From Candidatus Latescibacterota bacterium (GTDB lineage: Bacteria > Latescibacterota > UBA2968): DNA of 64,000 bases. Positions 1 to 10,381 of this stretch are shown here, one piece after another; within the stretch, counting starts at the first letter, position 1; the number at the start of each line of letters is the position of its first letter. The position numbers and the translations under genes were made by a program. The DNA is taken from NCBI GenBank assembly GCA_965204375.1, contig OZ241986.1, positions 32,001 to 96,000 on the forward strand, written 5' to 3'. A model generated the notes under the pieces. It saw only the letters and a program-made list of their open reading frames with translations. It made no database searches and was not told the origin of the DNA.

Positions 1-2090
1 TGATCCAGAAATGCGGCGACGATTGGGTACTTGTCTCGCTCGACGCCTTCCCAATTCAATCCGCGGTCCTTGATTTGATTGCCATCGTATATAAATGGCT
101 TCTTTTCAAAAAGCACATGGAAGAAACTCGCGGCCAACGCAAAGAAGTCATCTGAGGGTGTGGCTGGGCGGTCTTCAAGATGGGTATGCACGCTATACAT
201 GACGGTCCCAGCAGCGGCTGGCGATCCTATCTTGGCTACACAGTCATAGTCGGTCAAAACGATCTCGCTATCGGCAACGATCAAGTTGCGCGGACTGACA
301 TCGCCATGCACCAAACCATTGCGGTGTAGAACAGCCAACGCATCGCAAATCGTCCGTAACCAACGCAAAGATAGGGCCTCTTCCGACTCTTCATGGAAGT
401 CTTCGGCAAGAATCGGGAGTAGCCCGGAAAGTTCGCTTAAAGGTTCGCCTTCTATCCATGCCATCAATGCAACGAATTCGTTGGCAAGCCACTCGTCCGC
501 TGTCTCGAAGATGGTCGAAAGGGCTGTTGAATGATGGAGGTGCGAATGCGCCAAATTGTATGACTGAAGGACTCGCTTGCCCGTTTTCTTTTCTCGTGCA
601 ACCTTGGCAACATAGGCCCCGAGGTCTCCACCAGTCGAGTCATCAATCTTCACCACCTTGAACGTAGTGCCGACACCACCTGACCCCAGACGCGACACAA
701 TGCGGTAATCTCGACCTCGGAAGCTCACAATTTGGTCTTCAGTCCAGAATTGAGCCGGTGGCGCAATGACAGGCGGTGGTTCGCCCAATGGGATAGACAG
801 AGAGTTGCGGAGTTCCTGCAAGGTGCTACGCTTCGCTGGATCATCTGCCAACCCCTCTGCAAGCACCTCCTTGGTTTTTCTACTTTCCTCATCATCCCGT
901 TCCGAGAACAGAACGGACAGACTGGCACATAACGAATACACATCGGAGCGACGATCCGCTGCGCCGAGTCCTTGGGCACGCACCTCGGGAGCAATCGCAT
1001 TGTCTCCCTCATCTTCTGCACTATCAGAGATTGCCACCGTAATATCGTCGGGAATTCGGGCATGTTCGAAACCGGTTAGGATCGGGGTATTGTCATGTCT
1101 AACAAGAATCGTGCCCGGCGTGAGGTTTCGATGCAACAGGGGTTCTTCGCCTTCGTCTGTTTCATGCAGTTCCATCAATGCGTCAACTGTGTGCCGCGCA
1201 AAGGCTATGCGTGTCTTCGTATCCCAGGTGTCATCTTCCCTGCGTTGCTCAATACTGGGAGCTGCCGGATCTGCAACTGTGAAGAACCACATCTCGCCCG
1301 TGTACCCCGGTGCTTCTTGGAATGAGTCGTCAATACGCGGTGCCCAGGGGTGGAGTTGTAGTCGGTGCAGCGCGTCAAATTCCCGCCGCGCCCTCGACTC
1401 TGGATTCCGTTGGTCGATTGCCGACACATCGTATAGATGCAGGAGTACGCGATTGCGCCGTGTGAAATGTGTGCCTTTGTAGATTCGGTGAAAACGTTCA
1501 TCTGAAGGCGTCTGAAGTACCAGATTGACATAGCCAGCCATGCGTCTCAAGTCACCATGGGCCAACACATCGGTCTTTGGGTACAGAGCTTTTCCCAGTA
1601 CCTTGACCTGCGGCGGCGATAAGGACGCTGGCTCATCCAGTGCCACAGCACCTTGCCAGGTTTTTAATGTATGGAACGAAACGCCGCGGATTTTTTTCCC
1701 TTCAAGCGATTTGACTTTCAAAGCGTCCTGCGTGACGAGGAACACCCCATCAACTCGGTCGAGATTCGAGACCCTCCGACGTAATGTGGTACCGACCTTG
1801 CGTGCCTTGGCCATTACGCGCTCGGCTTCATGCTCTACAAGTTCGGTATTTTGTTTCACCCAAGTTGCGGTCCAGTGCTTGACCTCAATAACCCGGACCC
1901 CGGGCGGGCCGATGGCGATAATGTCGATTTCATCTGATTGGCGTTGATGGGTGGTGGAAAACGCGAGATTTGTCAACAGTAGCCATTCACCATCGCCCAA
2001 TTCGGAAATCAGGCCCGACTTAAGTCGCTCAAAGGCTTTCTGTTCGCTATCGTTGGCAAAAGGTCCACAGTTAATAGGAATTACTTTCAT
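1..2090 (-). CDS. NERD nuclease domain + pseudokinase + Ser/Thr kinase protein (PglW-like N-terminal architecture); runs off the left window edge
   Basis: Not in the ORF track (no stop in window). Manual translation from ATG at 2090: MKVIPINCGPFANDSEQKAFERL...SDEIDIIAIGPPGVRVIEVKHW (NERD); HRNLTPGTILV...LTGFEHAR...APE (degenerate kinase); RLGSGGVGTTFKV...VAK...HGDVSPRNLIV...LTDYD (kinase). Open to position 1. Confidence 0.85.
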   Translation of the reverse strand, partial: MKVIPINCGPFANDSEQKAFERLKSGLISELGDGEWLLLTNLAFSTTHQRQSDEIDIIAIGPPGVRVIEVKHWTATWVKQNTELVEHEAERVMAKARKVGTTLRRRVSNLDRVDGVFLVTQDALKVKSLEGKKIRGVSFHTLKTWQGAVALDEPASLSPPQVKVLGKALYPKTDVLAHGDLRRMAGYVNLVLQTPSDERFHRIYKGTHFTRRNRVLLHLYDVSAIDQRNPESRARREFDALHRLQLHPWAPRIDDSFQEAPGYTGEMWFFTVADPAAPSIEQRREDDTWDTKTRIAFARHTVDALMELHETDEGEEPLLHRNLTPGTILVRHDNTPILTGFEHARIPDDITVAISDSAEDEGDNAIAPEVRAQGLGAADRRSDVYSLCASLSVLFSERDDEESRKTKEVLAEGLADDPAKRSTLQELRNSLSIPLGEPPPVIAPPAQFWTEDQIVSFRGRDYRIVSRLGSGGVGTTFKVVKIDDSTGGDLGAYVAKVAREKKTGKRVLQSYNLAHSHLHHSTALSTIFETADEWLANEFVALMAWIEGEPLSELSGLLPILAEDFHEESEEALSLRWLRTICDALAVLHRNGLVHGDVSPRNLIVADSEIVLTDYDCVAKIGSPAAAGTVMYSVHTHLEDRPATPSDDFFALAASFFHVLFEKKPFIYDGNQIKDRGLNWEGVERDKYPIVAAFLD

Positions 2091-2334
2091 AAACACCTTC
2101 TTCCCGTTTGTCATCACGCGCATTCAGAATACTCGAAGGTCGAACGCGGGTTCCCGTCGCTTTCTTGCGCTCGCGAACTCTTTGCAGCCACTCTTCAACT
2201 GAAGGTCGCGACGCGATTCGTTCCAACTCCTCGCGGAGAAATGCTTGCATAGACTGACGTTGGCGGGCAGCGCGGACAGCAAGTGCGTCGTGTACATCTT
2301 CTGGAACGTCTTCTATAGTGATTTGTACTGGCAT
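2071..2334 (-). CDS. FitA-like ribbon-helix-helix antitoxin (no cognate PIN toxin adjacent)
   Basis: QITIEDVPEDVHDALAVRAARQRQSMQAFLREEL is a typical FitA/Arc RHH pattern; the 3' end overlaps the NERD-kinase start by 20 bp. Confidence 0.75.
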   Translation of the reverse strand: MPVQITIEDVPEDVHDALAVRAARQRQSMQAFLREELERIASRPSVEEWLQRVRERKKATGTRVRPSSILNARDDKREEGVYESNSY

Positions 2335-2352
2335 GACGGTTTAGTCCTATGG

Positions 2353-3477
2353 TTATTTCGCCTTGTCCATTAATTTTGCAAACTCATCGAAGAGATAATC
2401 GGCATCGTGGGGACCGGCAGAGGCTTCGGGGTGGTATTGGACGGAGAAGGCGGGCAGTTCGCGGTGGCGCAGGCCCTCCAGGGTGTTGTCGTTGAGGTTG
2501 ATGTGGGTGAGCGCTACGACTTCCCGGTTGAGGGTGTTGAGATCGACGCAGAAACCGTGGTTTTGCGCGGTGATTTCGACTTTGCCCGTGTTGGCGTGCT
2601 GCACGGGCTGGTTGGCACCCCGGTGGCCAAATTTGAGTTTGTACGTTTTTCCCCCCAGCGCCAGGCCGAGGAGCTGATGCCCCAGGCATATTCCAAAGGT
2701 GGGGCGTTCGCGGATCAATTTGTGGATGTTTTCGACCGCATACGTCACGGGTTCTGGATCGCCCGGGCCGTTGGATAAAAATATGCCGTCGGGATCGATT
2801 TCGAGGAGTTGCTCTGCGGGTGTATCGGCGGGAAAAACAGTTACATCGCAGCCGCGGTCAACGAGGTAGCGCAAGATGTTGTGTTTGATGCCAAAGTCGT
2901 AAGCCGCCACGCGGTATCTGACGTTTTGTCGCAGGTGTCTGGTCTGACCGGTTTTGAGATCGCAAAGGCCCTCGGCCCAGTGGTAGGGTTCTGTGCAGGT
3001 GACGTTTTGCACGAGGTCGCGTCCGATCAGGCCGGGGAAGTCTCGCGCTTTTTGAACGAGGCTGTCGGAATCGAGATCGATGGTTGACAGTACGCCTTTC
3101 ATTGCGCCTTGACGGCGGATATGCCGCACGAGGGCGCGGGTGTCAATGCCCTCAATGCCGGGTATGTTGTGTTCTTTTAGAAAGTCGCCGAGGGCAATGG
3201 TCGATCGCCAATTGCTGGGGTATGGACAGTATTCTTTGACGATAAAGCCAGAGACCTGGGGTTTTTGCGATTCAAAGTCAGATGGGTTGATGCCGTAGTT
3301 GCCAATGAGTGGATAGGTCATGGTGACGATCTGGCTGTTATAAGACGGATCTGTGAGGATTTCCTGATATCCCGTCATGCTGGTGTTGAAGACAACTTCT
3401 CCTTCGCATTCGACTTCTGCGCCAAAGGATTTGCCTTTGAAAATGGTGCCGTCTTCCAATGCGAGAATCGCTTCCAT
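2353..3477 (-). CDS. carA: Carbamoyl-phosphate synthase small subunit
   Basis: [42 protein letters not shown] motifs. Confidence 0.98.
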   Translation of the reverse strand: MEAILALEDGTIFKGKSFGAEVECEGEVVFNTSMTGYQEILTDPSYNSQIVTMTYPLIGNYGINPSDFESQKPQVSGFIVKEYCPYPSNWRSTIALGDFLKEHNIPGIEGIDTRALVRHIRRQGAMKGVLSTIDLDSDSLVQKARDFPGLIGRDLVQNVTCTEPYHWAEGLCDLKTGQTRHLRQNVRYRVAAYDFGIKHNILRYLVDRGCDVTVFPADTPAEQLLEIDPDGIFLSNGPGDPEPVTYAVENIHKLIRERPTFGICLGHQLLGLALGGKTYKLKFGHRGANQPVQHANTGKVEITAQNHGFCVDLNTLNREVVALTHINLNDNTLEGLRHRELPAFSVQYHPEASAGPHDADYLFDEFAKLMDKAK

Positions 3478-3490
3478 GAATGTTGTTCCT

Positions 3491-4762
3491 TTATTGTTCG
3501 TACGTCACCTGACCACCCAGTATAGTCATTGTGGCCCGGCCTTTTAATGACCATCCGTGAAAGGGCGTGTTACGAGATTTGGATTTGAACTGATTGGCAT
3601 CTACAATCCATTCGAGATTGGGATTGATGACTGTAATATCGGCGGGTTTGCCAGGGGAGAGGCTCCCGCCTTCGATGCCGAGGATGCGCGCGGGTTCTAT
3701 GGTGAGTTTGGCAATTGTATCTGAAAGGGAGAGCAGGTTGGTGTGGACGAGTTTGGTGAAGATGATGCTGACAGCGGTTTCAAGGCCAAGGATACCATTG
3801 GGTGCGTTGGTAAATGCACCCAATTTTTCTTTTATCGTGTGTGGCGCGTGGTCTGTGGCGAGTGCGTCAATGGTGCCGTCCTGTAAGCCAGCGATCACGG
3901 CTTCTCGGTCTTCACTGGAACGCAGTGGCGGACTCATTTTGCCTGCTGTGCCGAGGATGCGCACGTCCTCATCGGTCAATGCGATGTGATGAGGAGAGGC
4001 TTCGCAGGTGACGGGCAGGCCCTCTGCTTTGGCTCTGCGCACGAGTTCGGCGGCGCGTTTGACGCTGAGGTGCAGGATATGGAGACGCCCCCGGGTTTGG
4101 CGCACGAGTTCGATGTCGCGCGCGTTCATGGCTGCTTCGCCTTCGGCGGGCATGCCTTTCAGGCCGAGTTCGCGGGAAACCGTGCCTTCGTGCATGTGCC
4201 CGCCGCGCGTGAGTTCAAAGACTTCGGAGTGGGGGTAAACCGCAAAATCGTTGGCGGCTGCGCGCTCCAAAAGTTGGCGCATCAGAGCTTCGGATTCAAT
4301 GGGGAGGCCGTCGTCGGAAAATCCAACAGCACCTGCTTTGAGCAGGGCATCGGTATCGGTGAGTTTTTCGCCCTGCATTTTTTGGGTTGCACAGGCGATG
4401 GGATACACGCGGGCATCTGCCGATTTTGCCTGTTGGACGATGTATTGGACAATTTCTGGGTTGTCTGTCGGCGGTTCTGTATTGGGTAGGCAGGCCATAG
4501 ATGTGAAGCCTCCGGCAGCAGCGGCTTCACATCCGGTTTTGATGGTTTCTTTTTCTGGAAAACCCGGATCGCGCAGGTGGACATGCATATCGATGAGGCC
4601 GGGTACGACGATTTGGCCCGAGACATCAATGGCTTTGGCACTTGCGACGATATGCGGTTCAATGCGCGCGATGTGACCGCGTTGTATGAGCAGATCGGCG
4701 ATTTCATCGCGGTTGTTAGCCGGGTCGAGGATGCGACCGTTTTTGAGCAGGAGATCGGACAT
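3491..4762 (-). CDS. pyrC: Dihydroorotase (multifunctional-complex type)
   Basis: [42 protein letters not shown]; adjacent to carA. Confidence 0.95.
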   Translation of the reverse strand: MSDLLLKNGRILDPANNRDEIADLLIQRGHIARIEPHIVASAKAIDVSGQIVVPGLIDMHVHLRDPGFPEKETIKTGCEAAAAGGFTSMACLPNTEPPTDNPEIVQYIVQQAKSADARVYPIACATQKMQGEKLTDTDALLKAGAVGFSDDGLPIESEALMRQLLERAAANDFAVYPHSEVFELTRGGHMHEGTVSRELGLKGMPAEGEAAMNARDIELVRQTRGRLHILHLSVKRAAELVRRAKAEGLPVTCEASPHHIALTDEDVRILGTAGKMSPPLRSSEDREAVIAGLQDGTIDALATDHAPHTIKEKLGAFTNAPNGILGLETAVSIIFTKLVHTNLLSLSDTIAKLTIEPARILGIEGGSLSPGKPADITVINPNLEWIVDANQFKSKSRNTPFHGWSLKGRATMTILGGQVTYEQ

Positions 4763-4786
4763 TAGAAAGGTTGTAAATATCCTCTC

Positions 4787-6088
4787 TCAATCTGCGAAAA
4801 CGGATTCGGGTACGCGGTCGCGGTAGGCTTCGATGGGCGGTAGATTGCCGTCGGCTTCGGTTTCGAGGGGGCGCAGCCCGGTCAGGATTTCGAGGTCGTC
4901 GCGGATGTCGGCCTGTGCCAGATAGGCTTCAGAGGCTTCGACTTCACCCAGGTCGAGTGTGTTGGGGATCCAGAGTACGCGGGCGTCTTCCGGCGCGATG
5001 AGGCCAACGGATTCGAGGGCGATGTCGAGGACTTCGGCGTCTGTGTCGCAGTGCAGCGGGACCGCCCCTGCTGAAACGTGTTGTCCGGTGATGACATTGG
5101 TATAGGTGGCGTGATAGTCGATTTTATCGACGAGACGCCTGGTGGCAAATTCGGCCATGCCGATGCCGGTGGCGTTGCCGTGCGTGGCTTCGGTGAGATC
5201 GCGCACAAAGATGCGCAAGACGCGCGGGGTTTCGTCGCCCATTGCGCGGCGGTCGTTGCGTTTGCGCCCGATGACGTTGGTGTCCATGCCCGAGCCGGAG
5301 ATGTTTTTGCCCATTTCGTCGATGATGAGCAGATCGACATCATCGAAGGGCAGTGAGGGACACCACTCTTTGGATTTGGCTTGCAGCACTTTTTCGCGTT
5401 CTTCAAAGTCTGCCGCGGGAATGGCTTCGATAAGTGCGGTTTCGTCATAGCCGTTTTCAAGGGTGGCTACGCCAAAGGTAATGGGCATTTCCTCGCGCAC
5501 GACTTGGCCGACTAAGCGCACGATTTTGTCAAAGGAATGGTGGATGATGGCGCGGTGATACACCGAGGCGCCTTTGTGTTTGCCCAGGCCTATGAGCATC
5601 ATTTTCATCAGTCCGCTTTCAATTTCGCCGGCAAATCCCGTATGTGGTTTGACGCGGTTGACCACAATGACGTGATCGGCTTCGGATGCGTGTTTGTCAA
5701 AGTAGATGGGCATGCCAAAATCCGATACGCCGATCTGGACGACGTCCATCGACGATTTGATTGGGCAACCCATTGTGCCTTCGGTGATGCCATATCCGGC
5801 CAGGACCTGGGTTTGTCCTTCGGCTGTGCCTCCGCCGTGCGATCCCATTGCGGGTACGATGTAGGGGACAGCGCCAATGGCTTTCATTTCTTCGACGATG
5901 GTTTTGATGATGGTGTCGATGTTGGCGACGCCGCGGCTGCCCGCGGTTATGGCGACGGTTTGACCGGGTTTGATCACAGAACTGGGATTGATTCTGGCGA
6001 TTTCATCGCGCACAGTGCCGGCGATGTCATCGACGCGAGGAGCGTCAAAGTGCTGACGAATGCGGAACATTTGCGGGTAAGTCGGCAT
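4787..6088 (-). CDS. Lactate-racemase N-terminal-like (DUF2088/LarA-like) protein
   Basis: AITAGSRG, PAMGSHGG, NRVKPHT, ESGLMKM, GKNISGSGMDTNVIGR. Confidence 0.75.
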   Translation of the reverse strand: MPTYPQMFRIRQHFDAPRVDDIAGTVRDEIARINPSSVIKPGQTVAITAGSRGVANIDTIIKTIVEEMKAIGAVPYIVPAMGSHGGGTAEGQTQVLAGYGITEGTMGCPIKSSMDVVQIGVSDFGMPIYFDKHASEADHVIVVNRVKPHTGFAGEIESGLMKMMLIGLGKHKGASVYHRAIIHHSFDKIVRLVGQVVREEMPITFGVATLENGYDETALIEAIPAADFEEREKVLQAKSKEWCPSLPFDDVDLLIIDEMGKNISGSGMDTNVIGRKRNDRRAMGDETPRVLRIFVRDLTEATHGNATGIGMAEFATRRLVDKIDYHATYTNVITGQHVSAGAVPLHCDTDAEVLDIALESVGLIAPEDARVLWIPNTLDLGEVEASEAYLAQADIRDDLEILTGLRPLETEADGNLPPIEAYRDRVPESVFAD

Positions 6089-6115
6089 GGTTTATCCTCC
6101 TGTTGTGATTTGCTA

Positions 6116-7276
6116 TCACATGGATTCTTCGTAAAGGGCGATTACGTCTTTTATCGTTGTTTTGCGCGGGTTGATCTGAATATTGCCGCTTTTCATCGCG
6201 TCTTCGGCCATGACAGGGATGCCTTCGGCTTTTGCACCTGCTTCTCCCAATGTGGTGGGAATACCCACGTCTTCGGATAGATTTTGTACGGCTTCTACCG
6301 CGAGAACAGATGCGTCAACAGCGCTCAATCCATTGACATCTTCGCCCATGGCAGCGGCGATGTCGGCGAATTTCTCTGGGCAGGCATAGCGATTGTAGGT
6401 CATGATGCGGGTGAGCAAGATTGAGTTGGCAATGCCGTGTGGCACGCCGTAGTGACCGCCAACCGGATGCGACATGGCATGTACGTTTCCCAAACGCGTT
6501 TGTGAGAATGCGAACCCGGCCATGGTGCTGGCGATGATCATGTTTTGCGTGGCCTCGTGGTTGTGGTCGCTGTACGCGGCTTGTCGCAAATTTTGCGAGA
6601 TGAGGCGGATGGCGTGCAGGGCCATGCCTTCGGAGATGGGGTTGGACATCAGCGATACATAGGATTCAATGGCGTGTGTCAATGCATCCATTCCGGTCGC
6701 TGCGGCTATGGGCAGCGGCAATGCGACGGCCATATCGGCATCGAGTATACCCACATCGGGAATGACATGGGGTCCCGCGACGGTGCCTTTGAAGTGGTTG
6801 TCGTCGGTAATGACGGCAAAGGGCGTGACTTCACTGGCTGTGCCATAGGTGGTGGGGACGCACAGGAGAAAGGGGATGGGACCGGGAACGGGTTTTTCGC
6901 CGATAAAATAATCGGTGATTTTCCCCCCGTGATTGACGAGTACGCCCGAGGTTTTTGCCACGTCCATTGAGGATCCCCCGCCAATGGCGAGCAGGAAATC
7001 GCATTTTTCCGACTGGTATTGCGCGGCACAATCCTCGACGTTGCGGATGGGGGGGTTGGGTTCAACGCCGTCGTAGATGCTGTAGGCGATGTGCGATTTG
7101 TCGAGTATTTCTGTAACGCGCGCGACAACGCCAGCCTGGACGAGACCTCCGTCGGTGACGATTTGTGCCTTTTTTACCTGCTGTTCGTTTAAAATTTGGG
7201 GGATGTTGCCAATAGTCCCTCGCCCCATGATGAGGCGCGTGGGACCGTGATAACCAGAGTGATCTTGAAACGCCAC
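6116..7276 (-). CDS. Iron-containing alcohol dehydrogenase
   Basis: GGGSSMDVAK, PTTYGTASE, GMDALTHAIE, HAMSH...HG; start moved to the GTG at 7276 behind an AGGAG; the longer ORF-track N-terminus overlaps the next gene. Confidence 0.92.
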   Translation of the reverse strand: MAFQDHSGYHGPTRLIMGRGTIGNIPQILNEQQVKKAQIVTDGGLVQAGVVARVTEILDKSHIAYSIYDGVEPNPPIRNVEDCAAQYQSEKCDFLLAIGGGSSMDVAKTSGVLVNHGGKITDYFIGEKPVPGPIPFLLCVPTTYGTASEVTPFAVITDDNHFKGTVAGPHVIPDVGILDADMAVALPLPIAAATGMDALTHAIESYVSLMSNPISEGMALHAIRLISQNLRQAAYSDHNHEATQNMIIASTMAGFAFSQTRLGNVHAMSHPVGGHYGVPHGIANSILLTRIMTYNRYACPEKFADIAAAMGEDVNGLSAVDASVLAVEAVQNLSEDVGIPTTLGEAGAKAEGIPVMAEDAMKSGNIQINPRKTTIKDVIALYEESM

Positions 7277-7403
7277 GAGCAAACTCCTCTGCGATTTTTT
7301 TCGGCGATAGTAGTTTGAAAAAAGAAAATGGTTTTTGATGGTGTTGTCAATCAGATAAAAATGCGGGAAAGGCAGGGGCTGGGTGGACTGGCAACTGGCA
7401 ACT

Positions 7404-10373
7404 TTAAAACGACATGCCGAGTCGGACGTAGTAGCCGACGCCCTCTGGATCGGTGAATCGGTATGCCACGCCGAGGCGGTAGCGGATTGCCGAATAGAGG
7501 ATGTAATAGTCGATGATAATCTCGGTGCCGGCTGATAGGAGTGGGCGAGATTGCGAGGTGTCGCGCCCATAGGTGTTGGCGGCGTCGGCGAAGAATGTCC
7601 AGAAGATGCGGTTGTAATGTATCGGCCACGCCCGCAGGCCGCGGTTCTCCAATGCGAGGGGGGCGCGGTATTCCAGCGATGCGGACCAGGCGTGCTGTCC
7701 CGATCGCGTTGATGTATCGTATCCACGCACAGGAAAAGTGATCGACTCAGCGCCTCCGATGTCGAAGTAGCTGTTGTCGCTGCCCGGTCCCCGAGATGCG
7801 CCAGCACTCGTGCGCAGTGCCAGGACGGGTGCCGCGAATTGTCGTCCCGGAAACCAGTGTGGTAGTCGCGCATAGGTCCTGACTGTGCCTCTGATGTCAT
7901 CTATGGAGCGGTCGTTTGAGGCGGGAGAGAGGTCGTGGCGTCGCCTGACGCGGACGGAAAATGATGTGCCGATCGCCTGTCCCATCTGAAAGGCGGATGA
8001 GCGCGCATTGGTGGCGGATAATCGCACCGATAGTTCGCCCAGGGTGCTGCGTGGATCGTCGAGTCGATACCGATACGTTTTCCGTAGTGCGGAGTCCAGT
8101 ACTTCCCAGTTCTTTCGCACCAGTCCGCCAGAGACTGTGAATGAGACACTGCTCCGCGCCTTTGGCTTTACCATCGTCATTGACCCTGAGGCTCTGCGTT
8201 CCCGCTCGAGGACGAAGAAGGTTTCGGTTGGGGCATCGGTGCTCTCCTGGTATAATCTGGCGCCGTCTTCGTCCCAGTCCTGCGATAGGGATAACCCGAG
8301 CGAAGGATTCCCCAGCCCGTAATAGCGGTAAGATAAATCGCCTGCTACTCTTTCGTCAGAATACGATCGAACTGGCAGGAATATGCGAGCGCCGACGGTG
8401 TATGAGTGCCGGCGCACGAGGTCGATCCCGGAGGTGCGAGCGCCGATGGATGTGCCGAGTACTTTAGTGCGGCGTATCGTCGTTTCTCCCTTGCGGTGAG
8501 CGGGTACTGAGATGGGGTGATTCCATATGGGTTCCCAGTAGTAGGGACGCAGGGTTGCAAGTGGTGAGTAGGCGCGCACCGGTCCTTCTGCGTGTCCGCG
8601 TGGTCTGTTGGCGACCTCGGCAGTGATGTGTGTCGAGTCAGTGTGAAGCGCGGTTGGTGCAGCAGTGGGATTGAAGGGGATGCGTTCGATCTCCCAGCCA
8701 TCGACGTGGTAAGCCGAGAAGTAGAGCCAGCGGCCCGACGGATCGACGCTGGGATACGCCGCCCCTGTGCGGAGATTGGTTAGCATGACGGGGGGCGAGA
8801 CTTGCCCGTTATCGACTTTTGTCGCGAGTATGTTCGGGATGCCGCTGCGGTCAGATGCCCAGACCAGCCACTGGCCGTTGGTGCTCCATGATGGGGCGAA
8901 GTCGAGGGCGCGGTCGCGGGTCACTTCGCAGATGAGGTTGCCATGTGTATCGAGGAGGACGATGTCGTGGTGCCCTCGGGTCCAGCGGGTTGCCGCGATC
9001 CATTGGCCATCGGGTGAGATTGCCGGGTACGCCCAGTGGATATCCGGGTCGGGAGGGACCAGCATTTCGATGGCACCGTTGCCGAGATTGACCCGCGCCA
9101 GCCCGCTGGTTCCCCCTCCTTCGACGACTGCGACTGCCCAGCCTGCAGGACTGGCCGATGGGGCGGTTAAGCGGGCGCGAGTTGTTATGCGTCGTACATC
9201 ACTGCCCGGCGTTGCGCGGTAGAGATCTCTAAATCTGCGATAGCGACCAGCAAATTCATATTGCGCGAAGACGATGTCTCCATTGGGGGTGAAGGCAAAT
9301 GTGGTGCTGCCGTTGGTCAGGGCTACGGTCGATTCATCACTGCCATCTAATCTGGTTGATACCAGTTTGGCATCTGACCGTCCATCTGATCGGATGTAGT
9401 ACAGTGTTTTGCCATCGGGCGATACTTTTGGGTGGTATGCATAGCGGGCACCGCGGGTTATCGCCTGTGGCTCGGTGATTGCACCGAATCTGGCGAGGTG
9501 GGTGTCCAGTTTTGCCGCCGCCACCCGCTGTGTATCTGCCCACGCTTTCCACTCGCTCGTCAAGGTGATGCCAAAGGCGCTGCGACCAGCAGCATCGAGG
9601 CGGTAGGGGATCCACTGTTTTTCCACTGCTTTGACGAAGGCTATCATGCGGTCGCGTCCGTATTTTTGTATCAGGTGTTCGAAGAAGAGCGATCCGTAAG
9701 CATAAGCACGGGTGCCACCCGGCCACTGGGGCGAGTTGCCACCCGCCTGACCGATGGACTCAAACCGCCCTTCGAGAGCCGCTGTTCGCAGTACCATTTT
9801 GTGGAATGTTCCAAGAGTGCGTCCGGTGCCAGTCAGTGCCGATTCGTACCAGACGGCAATGCCTTCGCGTACCCACCGCGGTGTGGCACCTGCGGGGAAT
9901 GATAAGAAGGGTACTGGTGCTCTTCCAAAAGGTTTGTACAACCAGCTATAACGGCCCGGACGGTCAATGTGGAAGATGTGGGTCAGTTCGTGTACAATGA
10001 CGTTTTCCAACCGATCATTGTAATAAGCACGTCCGAAAGAATCGATCGGTGGGCGGGCGTAGATGGTGATTCGGTTCGAGGGCCACACACCCGCGAAGCC
10101 ATTCGAGGTGTCGATGTGATCGGTTAGTACGAGGTCGATTATACCGCGTGGTCCGGCGATGAATTGTTCGGATAGCCGGGCATGCGCCCATTCTGCACGT
10201 TCCGCTGCCCTGCGTCCCAAGTCTTCGAGATGCGCGGGAAACGTGACGCGGAAATGTTCGGTATCGAGCGTGCGCCACGATTCGTCCGGCGCAATGCGTT
10301 GCGCCGATGCCGTAGCTGTGCATAAGGCGATGACGAGTAATACTTTTATCCCTATACCTATTCTCGATCTCAT
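7404..10373 (-). CDS. Exported protein: zincin-like peptidase domain (HELTH) + TolB/PD40-like propeller + Omp85/BamA-like C-terminal barrel
   Basis: Signal peptide (ATASAQ), HExxH..W..EG, repeats PKVSPDG/PAISPDG/PSWSTNG/PSVDPSG, VRGY motif, terminal Phe; start at the second Met. Confidence 0.75.
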   Translation of the reverse strand: MRSRIGIGIKVLLVIALCTATASAQRIAPDESWRTLDTEHFRVTFPAHLEDLGRRAAERAEWAHARLSEQFIAGPRGIIDLVLTDHIDTSNGFAGVWPSNRITIYARPPIDSFGRAYYNDRLENVIVHELTHIFHIDRPGRYSWLYKPFGRAPVPFLSFPAGATPRWVREGIAVWYESALTGTGRTLGTFHKMVLRTAALEGRFESIGQAGGNSPQWPGGTRAYAYGSLFFEHLIQKYGRDRMIAFVKAVEKQWIPYRLDAAGRSAFGITLTSEWKAWADTQRVAAAKLDTHLARFGAITEPQAITRGARYAYHPKVSPDGKTLYYIRSDGRSDAKLVSTRLDGSDESTVALTNGSTTFAFTPNGDIVFAQYEFAGRYRRFRDLYRATPGSDVRRITTRARLTAPSASPAGWAVAVVEGGGTSGLARVNLGNGAIEMLVPPDPDIHWAYPAISPDGQWIAATRWTRGHHDIVLLDTHGNLICEVTRDRALDFAPSWSTNGQWLVWASDRSGIPNILATKVDNGQVSPPVMLTNLRTGAAYPSVDPSGRWLYFSAYHVDGWEIERIPFNPTAAPTALHTDSTHITAEVANRPRGHAEGPVRAYSPLATLRPYYWEPIWNHPISVPAHRKGETTIRRTKVLGTSIGARTSGIDLVRRHSYTVGARIFLPVRSYSDERVAGDLSYRYYGLGNPSLGLSLSQDWDEDGARLYQESTDAPTETFFVLERERRASGSMTMVKPKARSSVSFTVSGGLVRKNWEVLDSALRKTYRYRLDDPRSTLGELSVRLSATNARSSAFQMGQAIGTSFSVRVRRRHDLSPASNDRSIDDIRGTVRTYARLPHWFPGRQFAAPVLALRTSAGASRGPGSDNSYFDIGGAESITFPVRGYDTSTRSGQHAWSASLEYRAPLALENRGLRAWPIHYNRIFWTFFADAANTYGRDTSQSRPLLSAGTEIIIDYYILYSAIRYRLGVAYRFTDPEGVGYYVRLGMSF

Positions 10374-10381
10374 CGTTATAA

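Noticed and set aside
286-2202. Plus-strand ORFs of 66-238 aa at the left edge
   Set aside because: They are antisense to the NERD-kinase gene.
7277-7900. 208-aa N-terminal extension of the Fe-ADH in the ORF track
   Set aside because: It overlaps the Omp85-like gene in another frame, looks non-coding, and a GTG with RBS lies at 7276.
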